Positions 51,825 to 64,000 of a stretch of 64,000 bases of DNA are shown here, in pieces. The stretch spans positions 51,776,920 to 51,840,919 of the forward strand of contig NC_057719.1 in the NCBI RefSeq assembly GCF_004010195.1, read 5' to 3'. Within the stretch, counting starts at the first letter, position 1. The number at the start of each line of letters is the position of its first letter. The notes under the pieces were generated by a model. The model was given only the letters and a program-made list of their open reading frames with translations, made no database searches and was not told the DNA's origin. The position numbers and the translations under genes are program-made. The DNA comes from Chiloscyllium plagiosum. Taxonomy: Eukaryota.

Positions 51825-53620
51825 AGAGTCACAGGGTTGTACAGCATGGAAACAGACTCTTCGGTCCAACTCATCCATGCTGACCAAATATCCTAACCTA
51901 ATCTAGTCCCACTTGCCAGCACTTGGCCCATATTCCTCTAAGCCCTTTCTATTCATATACACATCCAGATGCCTTTTAAATGTTGTAATTGTACCAGTCT
52001 CCACCACTTCCTCTGGCAGCTCATTCCATGCATGCACCACCCTCTGCGTGAAAAAGTTGCCCCTTAGGTCCTTTTTTTTAATATCTTTTCCCCTCTCACC
52101 CTAAACCTATGCCCTCTAGTTCTGGACTCCACCACCCCAGGGAAAAAGACCTTGTCTATTTATCCTATACATGCCCCTCATGATTTTCTAAACCTCTATA
52201 ATTTCATCCCTCAGCCTCCGGTGCTCCAGGGAAAACAGTCCCAGCTTATTCAGCCTCTTCCTATAACTTAAATTCTCCAACCCTGGTAACATCCTTGTAA
52301 ATCTTTTTTGAACCCTTTCAAGTTTCACAACATCCTTCCGATAGGAAGGAGATCAGAATTGCGTGCAATATTCCAACAGTGGCCTAACCAATGTCCTGTA
52401 CAGCTGCACCATGATCTCCCAACTCCTGTACTCAACACTCTGACTGGCACAGTGACTCAGTGGTTAGCACTGCTGCCTCACAGCACCAGGGTACCAGGTT
52501 CGATTCCAGCCTCAGGTGACTTCTGTGTGGAGTTTGCACGTTCTCCCTGTGTCTGCGTGGGTTTCCTCCAGGTGCTCCGGTTTCCTCCCACAGTCCAAAG
52601 ATGTGCAGATCTGGTGAATTGGCCATGCTAAATTGCCTCAGTGTTAGGTCAGTTAGTCAGAGGGAAGTGGGTCTGGGTGGGTTACTCTTCGGAGGGTCGG
52701 TGTGGACTGGTTGGGCCAAAGGGCCTGTATCCACACTGTAGGGAATCTAATCTAATATCAAATACAGCCTTCACTATCTTATCTACCTGCAACTCTACTT
52801 TCAAGGAACTATGAACCTGCACTCCAAGGTCTCTTTGTTCAGCAACACTCCCCAGGACCTTACCAAAGTATAAGTTCTGCTCTGATATGCTTTTCCAAAA
52901 TGTTTTTCCTTGCATTTATCTAGACTAAACTCCACCTACCACTCCTCAGCACATTGGCCCATCTGATCAAGATCCCATTGTACTCTGACGTAACTTTCTT
53001 CGCTGTCCATTACACCTCCAATTTGGGTGACACCTGCAAACTTACTAACTATACCCACTATGTTCACATCCAAATTATTTATATAAATGACGAAAAGCAG
53101 TGGACCCAGCACTGCTCCTTGTGCCCCATTACAGGTCACAGGCCTCCAGTCTGAAAAGCAACCCTCCACCACCACCCTCTATCTTCTACCTTTGAGCCAG
53201 TTCTGTATCCAATTGGCTATTTCTCCCTCTATTCCATGCGCTCTAACCTTGCTAACCAGTTTCCCACGAGGAATCTTGTCAAACACCTTACTGATCATGT
53301 CTGCTGCTCTCCCCTCATCAATCGTCTTTGTTACTTCAAAAACTTCAATGAGATTCACGAGACATGATTTCCCACGCACAGGGCATGCTGACTATTCCTA
53401 ATCAGTCATGCCTTTCCAAATAAATGTAAATCCTGTCCCTTAGGATTCCCTCCAACAACTAGCCCACCACTGATGTCAGGTTCACTGGTCTATAGATCTT
53501 TGGTTTTTCCTTACCACCTTTCTGAAATAGTGACACCATGTTAGCCAACCTCCAGTCTTCCGGTACCTCACCTGTGACTATCAATGATGCAAATATCTCA
53601 GCAAGAGGCCCAGCAATACT
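51825..53620 (-). mobile_element. CR1 LINE fragment in JKAMP intron 2
   Basis: Reverse-strand GKSCLVNLIEVFE, KVFDKIP and QGAVLGPLLFVIYINNLD. Confidence 0.9.
52446..52755 (+). mobile_element. HE1-type SINE nested in CR1
   Basis: Head, central domain and AATCTAATCT tail. Confidence 0.88.
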
Positions 53621-53776
53621 CCAAATTCGAACAGTTAGGAGCTAGTTTTAATAGAAATGGTTTTGCAAATATATTTCCATGAGTTTATTCTGGGAAAAAT
53701 GTGACACACAAACATTTAATGTAACTTGGTAATGAGAAGATTCTTTTTCATTTATCTTAAAACAATGGCTCTGTAG

Positions 53777-53931
53777 GTATGCCCAAGAGGGGAAAGAACA
53801 GATGAACTGAGGATTTGTCGAAAATGTGAGGATTCACCGGAACTCTACGACTGGTTGTACTTAGGCTTCATGGCAATGCTGCCTCTGATTTTGCATTGGT
53901 TCTTTATCGAATGGTATTCAGGGAAGAAAAG
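53777..53931 (+). CDS. JKAMP: JKAMP exon 3
   Basis: Acceptor ctgtAG. Encodes VCPRGERTDELRICRKCEDSPELYDWLYLGFMAMLPLILHWFFIEWYSGKK. Donor AG|GTTAGT. 155 nt. Confidence 0.95.
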
Positions 53932-54789
53932 GTTAGTGTTATTTCAGAACAATAAGTGTAAATGGTGGTGTTACTTGGTATTGACTTTTACATGTGGAAA
54001 TGTCACAGTAGGTTAAATGTTGAGTTTTCTCTGGTAGGAAATGAATTAGTAGAGACTGAGGATGTGAAAGTCATCTTTAGTTGCTGCAAAGAGTCCACGT
54101 GAAATGCAACTGAATAATCTTAGTTCTGTTTATAGTTAAGAAAATACACATTTTCTTGAAGTCCTTCATCTTGCACACACCAGGATAATTTGCAAGAAAC
54201 ACCAATGTAAAGGGTAAACAACATTTTATACTCTGAGGGTGCTAATCGATTAACAAGTGGATTTTAATGAGTAGAGGCATTGCCGTGCAGAATTATGTTA
54301 GAAGATGACTGATAGTTAACTTTCAAGCTTTGTTTAAATTTTAAATCATGCAGGTTAACTCTGGTTTAGATCTTGCTCTGAGAAATGAACCATAGATTAG
54401 TTTTCACTTGTTTTTGTTGCAGCAGCAGCCATATGTGTACCTGTTCTTTTTGTCTACAAAGAACAAGGTCCTGTGTATTAAGATATGCATTTTCCAAAAT
54501 GCACAAATGCACCCCATTGCAAGCTGACTAACAATGTTAAATTAGTTGTCATCTTAGCATATTCATCAAATGCTGTCCAAATGTTGATTCATATATCACA
54601 TTGGAGACTGTGATTTGAGTTCCTCAATCACTGGCAGCTTTTAAAAAGAAACCTGATGGTATATGGATGTTGATGGCTGGCCAGCATTTATTGCCTGTCC
54701 CTAGTTGCCCTTGAGAAGGTGGAGGTGAGCTGTTTTTTTTCAAATCGCCGCAGTCCAGGTGCTGTAGGTTGACCCATAGTGCCCTTAAG

Positions 54790-55610
54790 ACCCATTGAGT
54801 CTGCTCTGCCATTCCATCGTGGCTAATAATGCAATTCTCCTGTCTTTTCCCTGTAACCCTTGATTCCGCTACTAATCAAGAACCTATCCGTCTCGATCTT
54901 AAATGCATTCAATTACTTGCCACTACTTCCTTCTGTGGCGAGGAGTTCCACAAAGTAACCACCCATTGGCTGTAGAAATTCTTCCTCATCTCAGTTCTAA
55001 AGGGTTGTCCCTTCACTCTGAGACTGTGCTCTCGGGTCCTAGTCTTTTCAAGTAGAAACATATTCTCGACATCCACTCTATCCACGCCTCAGTGTTTTGT
55101 AAGTTTCAATGAGATCCTCCCTCCTCCTCCTAAGCACTATTGAGTACAGACCCAAAGTACTCAACCTGTCCTCCTATGACAAGCCCTTCATGCCCATAGT
55201 CATTTTTGTAAATGGGCGGCACAGTGGTTAGCACTGCTGCCTCACAGCGCCAGAGACCCGGGTTCAATTCCCATCTGTTCCTCTGTGTGGAGTTTGCACA
55301 TTCTCCCTGTGTCTGCGTGGGTTTCCTCCCGGTGCTCCGGTTTCCTCCCACAATCCAAAGATGTGCAGGTTAGGTGAGTTGGCCATGCTAAATTGCCCAT
55401 AGTGTTAGGTGAAGGGGTAAATGTAGGAGAATGGGTCTGGGTGGGTTGCACTTCGGCGGATCGGTGTGGACTTTTTGGGCCGAAGGGCCTGTTTCTACAC
55501 TGTAAGTAATCTAATCTAATCTGTCAGTAATCTAATCTAAACCTCCTCTGGACTTCTTCCAATGATGGCACATCTTCCTTAGATCGAGGGCCTAAAATTG
55601 CTCACAATCT
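54790..55610 (-). mobile_element. CR1 LINE 3' fragment
   Basis: Similar to 10283-10800 (reverse-strand MRKNFYSQWV). Confidence 0.8.
55214..55540 (+). mobile_element. HE1-type SINE nested in CR1
   Basis: Full head and a duplicated AATCT tail. Confidence 0.92.
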
Positions 55611-56449
55611 CACCACCTGTTCCTCTGTCAACATTTCTGTCTCTGACCTGCTTCACTGCTCCAAAGAAACTTTCTTTTCCCAGCCCTCCCTCTCTCTGAG
55701 CACAGACTCCAATTATTCCTCTGCACCTGGTTGTCAGCATAAATACTACCACTTTTCAGTTCATTTAAGTTCTAACGACAGGTCACTGGACTCAAAACAT
55801 TAACTCCTTTTCTTTCCTGTCCACAGATGCTGCCTGACCTGTTTCTTTAAGTTTCTGCTTTGTTTTTGTTTGTCAGTGGTTAATTGTTGGAATGGAAGTA
55901 GATTTACAGTAGAATTCTCAGATCAGTTTTAGAACCCTTGTTGACAAAACAGAAAAAGACCCTTTGGTTCATTTTAAGTGCTTGTCAAAAACAAACCACC
56001 TAACTATTTTAATCATGTTTTCCAGCAATAGCTGTCATATATAAATAACCTAGAACTTTGTGTACAGGGCACAATTTCAAAAGTTGGAAATATTATGAAC
56101 TATAAGAAGGATAGAGTCGAATTTGAGATGTATGTAAACAGATTGGTGGTACGGGCACTTGTCTCATTTTCCCTCTGATCCTTCTCTTGTTTTATGTTGG
56201 GTTGCTCCTATTGCATCTATTATTCCAAGATCTAGAACCACCTCAGTCACTGAAAATAGCTAATTTCTAATTGCTCATTTGCATTCCTTCGTAAGTTTAA
56301 GTTTCTTCGAATTTTCCTGAATCTAATCAGAGAAGCCTCTAATTTTGTCTTTTATTTGCATTTTGTTACACCTTGAAATAAAATCTGTTGTCATTATTTT
56401 AAAGATACAAAGTTCACCTTAATGAATCAGATTTTCTTTTTCCCTATAG

Positions 56450-56656
56450 TTCCAGTGCACTTTTTCAGCATGTGACAGCATTATTGGAATGTACTGTTGC
56501 AGCTATTGTTACGTTATTGGTGAATGATCCAATTGGGCGACTGAAAATCCGATCCTGCCGAGTGAAGATGCTGTCAGACTGGTATACAATGCTTTATAAT
56601 CCGAGTCCAGATTACATCAATACATTGCACTGTACACAGGAAGCTGTATTCCCTTT
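56450..56656 (+). CDS. JKAMP: JKAMP exon 4
   Basis: Acceptor tttccctatAG. Encodes (S)SSALFQHVTALLEC...SCRVKMLSDWYTMLYNPSPDYINTLHCTQEAVFP. Donor GTAAGT. 207 nt. Confidence 0.95.
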
Positions 56657-58824
56657 GTAAGTATATGATTTTCAATAAAGAGTAAAATTGATTTACTCAC
56701 TTAATAGTTGTTAATTTACAAATTGCCATATGTTTCAGACAAGTTAGACCTCCATCTGTATCGATTTTAAAAACCATAGTGGACTGATAATCTATAAATT
56801 GTGTTGAATTGTATCCAGATAGTCGGCATGAACTGGGACTTCACTTGACCACTGACCTGTGAGAGCTGTTATGTCCCATCTTTGAGCTAGGAGGGCTGGG
56901 TTCAAGCCCATCTGTTCCAGATGTGTGTATGCTATTTCTGAACAAGTTGATTTAAAAGTTTAATACTTTTGAGTACCCAACATGCAATCATGCCATAACA
57001 TAACCATACAGGTTGATTAAACAATGGCTCAGCTGGAAGTTGTGGGACCTAGTGGAATTTCGATCGTAGTAGACTCTGAAAGAATTGCCCAGAAAATTGA
57101 AGATTCCACTCGCGATTTCATTATGTTTTGTACTCAGCATAAGTATCCATTTTATTGGGAGGGATCTGATTAAATTAGTTAAGTAGTTATTCAGGCAAAA
57201 TTGATGATTAAATAGATGGTGAAACTCCTGAGGAATTATTCAACTGACTTCATGTGTAGCTCGCATACCCCCAAATACAAATCTCCCAGATCACTTATGT
57301 CCCCCAGACTGTGCCTTGACATCCTTTTACCCTCTCATCACTTCAGATCTGACACCATCTTTGGATCTACACCCAACTTCCCCTTGCTCCAGACCCACCA
57401 CCCAGCTCCCGTAGACTGGGTAAGTGTCCCTTCCTACTCTTTAACCCAACTGGCCTCCCCTCAAACACAGTTCCTCTTGACCTGACAATCTCTGTGCCCT
57501 GCGCCCCTACTGGATTTGATTTCTCACATCTATCCTGACCTTTCCTAAATACACCATCACTTGCCTTGCACAGGTGCACTACACGTCCTACCATCAGGCA
57601 ACCTGTCTTCCCCAGCACTCTAACCTCACACTTAACATATGTATTTATGTATAATAGCAGTTGTCAAAATGGGTCTCTGATTCTGAATCTTTTAAGTTTC
57701 AGAATCCTGCAACTGTCTGCTGAGAAAGGGGCCATTGATTGTCTTCTCCCTAAAGTTCACTACAAGAGAACTGTCTGAATGGAAGTCCAGTTCTGCACTT
57801 CTGAAGGAGTCTTGATTCAAATTTCTTCTGTCAGAACTATGGAGTTCTAATTTTGTTTTTTTTTGAAAAAGGGTACAGTGGCAATCTGCACAAGATTGCT
57901 AAACCTCAGAAAATCCTGCCCTGCTTTTATATGTAAAAAGGGATATTAAGATCTTGTAGAAGACGGTAGTGCCTGTGTGTCAGAAAGTCCAGATTCAAGT
58001 CGTACCCCAGGATTGATGGGTATAGCGCTGTCATAATACACTCAGGTTGACTGAAAAATAAACTATAAAAATAAATCACTTAGTAAAGTGGTTACCTGTT
58101 AAGCGAGCGACTGAGTTTCAGTACAGGTTAATCTTTGAACAGGTTGATGAAAAAACTGTCCAGATGTAAAACATTCTGGCACTTAAATCACTGTCTTGTT
58201 CCCAGTTGAGAAGGAGCTGTTTCACCAGACAATACGTTCCTTGGTTTCCACACCTTCCTTGGTAGTTCTTTTTCACATTAAATAAAAAGGCATTCACAGT
58301 GATTGTGTCCCTACCTCTAGACAAGGTGCCTGGGTTCAAGTCCTACCTGTTCCAGAGGTGTGTAATAATCTCTCTGTACAAGTTGATTAGAAAATATTTA
58401 TGAAGAGATATTCTCCTTTAATGGGTAGCTCTTTACTTGAAAAGTTAATTAATTCATTGTTTCAAAATATATTAAAATACTACTTATTAAATCTCTAGGG
58501 TGGCTGAGTTAGGAACTTGTAGTGTGAGCTCTATAAATAAATAAATGAGAATAAAGATAGTTCCTGTACTATGCTTCACCAACTGATTTCCTGAAATGGA
58601 ACAGTAAGTAATGTTTTTTCCACTTCTATTAACAAAGAAAAATGTACTGCTTATTTTTTGAGCATGTGTTATGCTTTTCACAAGCTGATCGTTAAAAGTA
58701 GCGAGGGAGCACACACCTTAAAATTGGAAACCAGTGTTTTGAAAAATGGGAATCTCAATTTCACTTCTGTTCTCTTCTATTGTTTGTTTTTAATGGTCAG
58801 TCTTTTTTTTTGTTTTGTTTTCAG

Positions 58825-59006
58825 ATATACTATTATCTTCATATACTATGCCTTTTGTCTGGTTTTTATGATGTTGCTTCGTCCACTCCTGGTTAAAAAG
58901 ATTGCCTGTGGTCTTGGAAAATCTGATCGATTTAAAAGCATTTATGCAGCCCTCTACTTTTTTCCAATTCTGACAGTACTTCAGGCAGTTGGTGGAGGCC
59001 TGCTTT
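58825..59006 (+). CDS. JKAMP: JKAMP exon 5 (gene continues beyond the window)
   Basis: Acceptor gttttcAG. Encodes (L)YTIIFIYYAFCLVFMMLLRPLLVKKIACGLGKSDRFKSIYAALYFFPILTVLQAVGGGLL. Donor GTAAGT. 182 nt. Confidence 0.95.
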
Positions 59007-59629
59007 GTAAGTACATTTTCATGTCTAAATGTTACCTTCAGATTTAGCTACTTCTCTCACAAGGTTTTGCCACAACCTATTTGACCCCAGCAATTGTCCA
59101 AACCAGCATAATTTAATTTTTAATACTTTTTAAGACATGTTTTGAGATTTACAGTATATAATTATCAGCATTAACATGTAAAGATTTGTTTGCTGTAATC
59201 AATTTTACTTTCATTACCAATTTCATATCACAAAAGACATTCTAAATGTCTATAACCAGAGTGTATTATTCCTTCTCACCTTTTACTGTTGCTTGGTATT
59301 CATTGTAAATAATTGTGCCATGATTTTCCTATGTTTGTTTTTCATATGTGGCACCATGCCCTGGTTATACTTTATTTCCTATTTATCTAAATGCAACTAG
59401 CATTTGTCAAGCAAGGATCTAACCCTGATGTCTTCATTTTTAGTGTCTATCTCTTGATTACATCATCTTTAATATGGGAATCAATGTCCAATTGTATGCT
59501 CGTTTGCTCACGTTTTCAGCACCTCATGTGATCCCTTGATTGTGTTGGTGCTGTCAATTGTCTTGTCCATCTAAAGGTCCAGCTTCTCCAAACTCAACAT
59601 CAGAAAGATTGAAGTCATTGTCATTAGTC

Positions 59630-60992
59630 ATTGAGATCTCCAGTACGGTAACAGACTCTTCGGTCCAACTAGATATCCTATATAAATCTAGTTCCATTTG
59701 CCAGCATTTGACCCATGTCTCTTTAAACTCTTACTTTTCATATGCCCATCTCGATGCCTTTTCAGTGTGATTATACCAGCCTTCACCATTTCTTCCGACA
59801 ACACATCATACATGCTACACTCTGTGTGAAACAGTTTCGCCTTAGGTTCCTTCTAAATCCTTCCCCTCTCACCCTAAACCTATGCCATCTAGTTTTAGAC
59901 TCCTTCACCCCAGCGAAAGGTCCTTGCCTATTTACCCTATCCATGCCCCTCATGGTTTTATAAACCTCTATAAGGTCACTCCTCAGTCTCCAACGCTCCA
60001 GGGAAAATAGCCCCAGTCTATTCAGCCTTCTTATAGCTCAAACCCTCCAACCCTGGCAACATCCTTGTAAATTTTTTCTGAACCCTTTCAAGTTTCACAA
60101 CTTCTTATGAGCGAGTTTTGAGAAGATTTGTAGCTCAGGTTGAGGTTCTGGACGTAAGTTTGTTGCTGAGCTGGAAGGTTCAATTTCAGACATTTCATCA
60201 CCATACTAGGTAACACCATCAGTGAGCTTCCGCACAAAGCACTGGTGGTATGGCCTACTTTTTATTTTTATTTGTGTGTTTAGATTCCCTTGGGGTGGTG
60301 ATGCCATTCCCTGTTCTTTTAACACGTTGAGTCCACCCCCCCCAAAGAAAATGAACAGGAAATGACGTCACCATAGGAAATGACATCACAAAAAGGCATC
60401 ACCATAGGAAATGGCATCACCAACCCAGGGAAACCTAAACGCATATATAAAAAACGAGCCATACCACCAGTGCTTCATCCGGAGGTTTACTGATGATGTT
60501 ACTTAGAATGGTGACAAAATGTCTGAAACCGAACCTTCCAGCTCAGAAAGCAAATCGACATCCACAACTTGCTATAGCAGGGTGACCAGAATTGCACACA
60601 ATACTCCAAATGTGGCCTAACCAATGTCCTGTACAGCTGCAGTATGACCTCCCAACTCCTATATTCAATGCATTGACCAATAAAGGCAAGTATACCAAAT
60701 GCCGCCTTCACTATCCTAAATACATGTGAGCTATGAACATTGCACTCCAAGTTTCTTTGTTCAACACTCCCTGGGACCTCACCATTAAGTATATAAGTCC
60801 TACTCTGATTTGCCTTTCCAAAATACAGCACCTCACGTTTCTCAATTAAACTCCATCTTCCACTCCTCTGCCCTTTGGCCATCCGATCCAAATCCCATTG
60901 TACTCTGAAGTAACTTTCTTCGCTGTCCATTACACCTCCAATTTTAGTGTCATCTGCAAACTTAGTAACCATGCCTCCTATGTTCACATCCA
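59630..60992 (-). mobile_element. CR1 LINE 3' fragment in JKAMP intron 5
   Basis: ORF 60499-61065 contains KFADDTKIGG and LYRTLVRPHLEYCVQFWSP. Confidence 0.9.
60109..60568. mobile_element. Penelope-like element with inverted terminal repeats, nested in CR1
   Basis: Starts GAGAAGATTTGTAGCTCAGG like the 48944 element. About 60140-60255 is inverted relative to about 60457-60568. Decayed hammerhead cores at 60186-60225 (minus) and 60487-60526 (plus). Confidence 0.78.
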
Positions 60993-63190
60993 ATGTAAAT
61001 GAAAAAATGTGCTCCTTTGCCACTGATTCAATTATCTCTCCTTTACCACTGACCAAACTGTTCAATATTGGCTTTGAGAATTTCCATTTCTGTTCCTATA
61101 GTACCTCTAGTGTGCAATTGCATGTGTTAGTGCACTCTACAAAAGTCTCTCGAACTGAGCTAGAGGTCGAGACATTGAAGAATGCTTTAGGACTTAACTG
61201 GATAGTTACCCGGGAAATGTTAAGATAGGAAAAGACTCGTCTAATTCCTGGGTAATGAATAGTTGCTTAGTAGTACAGAACTTAAACATTTATAAAAAAC
61301 TTTTGTCTTGCATTCATCAGAACTGGGATGCGAGAAAGCAAACTTAGAACTGAAACATTATTTATACAGTATGAGAAGAGGGTGCTGCTTGGTTGGAACA
61401 TTGTTGGTATGGAGATGAAGTAGGTACTGTCATTCTTAGTTTCCTGAGACTTGGACTCTGTTTGGTCAAGATGTTGCCATAGGCCTAAAACAGGGATCAG
61501 GAGTCTCCATAACCCTTTCATCCAAGAAAAAGGTGCAATTACAAGATCAGTGTCCTGTGAGAGAATATATGTAGTTTCTGGTATACATGAATGAACCATG
61601 CTGCGAACCTGACTGATGATCTTAAGTTGATTATTAGTGTACTTCTTGGCACATTCAGAATTATTAAGTAATTTTTTCCACAGAAAATTGCATTTAATAT
61701 TGGACATTTGCAAGCATGGCTGGTTGAGTAGTTGGCACACTGCCTGCTTTGGTTGGTCAAAGAGACATGTAATTTGATATGTCATTGAGCCACTTGGCCT
61801 ACACACCTTGAATCATGTACACTACGGGATTAATCTATTGGTAATCTGAATAGGACACTAGCCATTTGCTCAACGTATAAATTTGATGTTACAATTGGAC
61901 GTGCCAAAACTGTTCTGCGTGATAATGGATATTATGATCAAATCATCACTCTCTGCATATTGCGCAAACTTTTTAAAATACCTGATTGTCATTTGTCCCA
62001 TGGTGGGATTGAACACAAGTTCACAACATTATCCTGGGATTTTGAATTATTAGCTAATGACAGTATTTGAATACTATCTCCCTGTGAATTGAGCAACAGG
62101 TGAAGTGACCCATATTATATTTGCTCCCTGTAAACACAAGTAATGCTCTTGATTAACAGGATGCTGCCCTCAAGACAATAAGACGTTTTGCATGCCACCA
62201 GACATCCGTGATGTGGTGAATGAGTTTCAGTGGTGGTATGTTGCCAGATATTTTCCATAGCAAGACCATGACTAATCAGATCTACCTGCAGATCTGAAGT
62301 TTTTCAGCTAACAACAAGAACTATAGATTGTCAATCACAGTATCTCTGTTATCCTCCTTCTCATGCTGTATAAGTTAGTGTTCCACTTTCTAAATTTGGT
62401 TTCTTTTATGTAAATTGAGTGTCAACTTTGTGTCTCAATTTAGCAATGTTTCAGTCCTGGGTAACTCTAACCCACATCAAGTCTCCTACCTGCTTCCAAA
62501 CCCACCTAACACACCCACACTTTAAACTTTTAAACTATGGCACCCAGTATTGTAGAAAGATGGTGTGACCTGTTCACTCCCAATTCGCAACCGCTGCAAT
62601 GAGCTCTTTGATTAAAGACAAGAAATTGTGGAGTAATTGTTGGATGGGTATAAGTTCAAATGGAACATCCAATGTGATATCGCTCCACGGAAGCTCCAAA
62701 CTATTCTATTCTTTATCTTTCTCATAACTATATTTCTATAAGCTCTGTTCTTCAATTTGATTTTGTTTCTACCCTCTTCATTCATGTAACCCATAAAATT
62801 ACATTTGTGTCTCCTTATAGTTTATATTTACTATGCACATTTATGATTTCTAGAATTTAGGTGAGACAATGATGACTTTTTCTACTTTCTTCATCAAGGC
62901 AGCTCTTGACCAAAACTCCCAAAATAACTGCCAGTCTTTCATTTTAGCTCCTCCAAACTAACCTCTGAAAGGAGCCATTTGCTGTAGCCATTTCTTGCTA
63001 TAAGACAGATTTAATGGTGAGGAGATGGTGCTTACCTTATGCTGCCCCAATTCTCTTTCATTCACAGAGTGCATTGTGGACACTATCAATTTATATATAA
63101 ATCAGGTTACTCAGAGGTAGGTGTGCAAATATCACCCTGCCTTGGCACTTTCATCAGTCTGAATTACAATGTGTAAACGCCTCAAGTTTC

Positions 63191-63760
63191 TATGATTTGG
63201 AAGAGCCAGTGTTGGACTGGGGTTGACAAAGTTAAAAATCACACACCACCAGATTATAGTCCAATAGGTTTACCGGGAATCACTAGCTTTTGAAGCACTG
63301 CTCCTTCATCAGATGGTTGTAGAATATAAGATTGTAAGACACAGAATTTATAGCAAAAGATTACATTGGGATGTAACTGAAAGCATATATTGAAAAAGAC
63401 CTGGATTATTTGTTAAGTCTCTCATCTTTCAGAATGACCATGTTGGTTTCAGTTCTTTCGTATGTAAATCGCAAAACCTTTTTCAAAGTTACATTCTCAA
63501 GTGAACTTTAACAATTGGTGTCATGTTGGCCCAGAAAATGCATTGAAGGTGTAAACTGCCCTGTGTGAGACTGTCTGTCTGGTGCAATGTTCCGATTGAT
63601 TCTAATCTAAAAAAAATGGGTTTACAGGATCTTACATGGATTCATGCAGTTTTTGAGCAATCTTATACCCCACAACCACCTGATGAAGGAGCAGCGCTCC
63701 GAAAGCTACTGATTCCAAATAAGCCTTTTGGACTATAACCTGGTGTTGTGTGATTTTTAA
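63191..63760. mobile_element. Penelope-like element with inverted terminal repeats and hammerhead cores
   Basis: About 63230-63320 is inverted relative to about 63670-63762. Flanked by CTCAAGTTTC (63181-63190) and CTCGAGTTTC (63761-63770). Confidence 0.8.
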
Positions 63761-64000
63761 CTCGAGTTTCCCGGAGATTTTGTAATAATCACATACCCAC
63801 TATTCTTCACTGCTTATGCTTAAATCTTGCTCTGCATATGTAATTTATTATTGAAGGTGACTTCATTCTGAGTATTTTTTCCCAAAATAAATTTGACCAT
63901 TTAATGCAGTTTGCTTGTTTTGCTCAAAAAAATAGTTAAAAGGACAATACAGTGCATAAGATTGACAAATGGTATTTCTTAAATTTTTAAAATTATAATT

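Noticed and set aside
62811-62850. Possible JKAMP exon 6 after ctccttatAG
   Set aside because: The translation (FYIYYAHL*) stops quickly and does not match the expected YYAFPYI; no exon 6 was found before 64000.

Overview
Vertebrate genomic DNA, almost certainly a shark: it carries HE1-type SINEs with (AATCT)n tails, CR1 LINEs and Penelope-like elements, and an orectolobiform bamboo or epaulette shark is my inference. Three genes lie in the same order and orientation as on human 14q23. GPR135 has a single coding exon (minus strand, 24665-25972). L3HYPDH is complete with 5 exons (minus strand, 37743-45015, 345 aa). JKAMP exons 1-5 are present (plus strand, 45172-59006; the rest lies beyond the window), head-to-head with L3HYPDH across a 156-nt CpG-island promoter. 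Top finding: the L3HYPDH orthologue has a Cys/Cys catalytic pair (MCGH and DRSPCGSG) instead of the Cys/Thr pair that makes the mammalian enzyme a dehydratase, which predicts a vertebrate hydroxyproline epimerase or proline racemase-type enzyme. Also notable are several Penelope-like families carrying minimal hammerhead-ribozyme cores, and a 41-bp minisatellite that duplicates the JKAMP exon-1 splice donor. Exon boundaries were read base by base. Repeat boundaries are approximate and family names come from motif recognition, not database searches.
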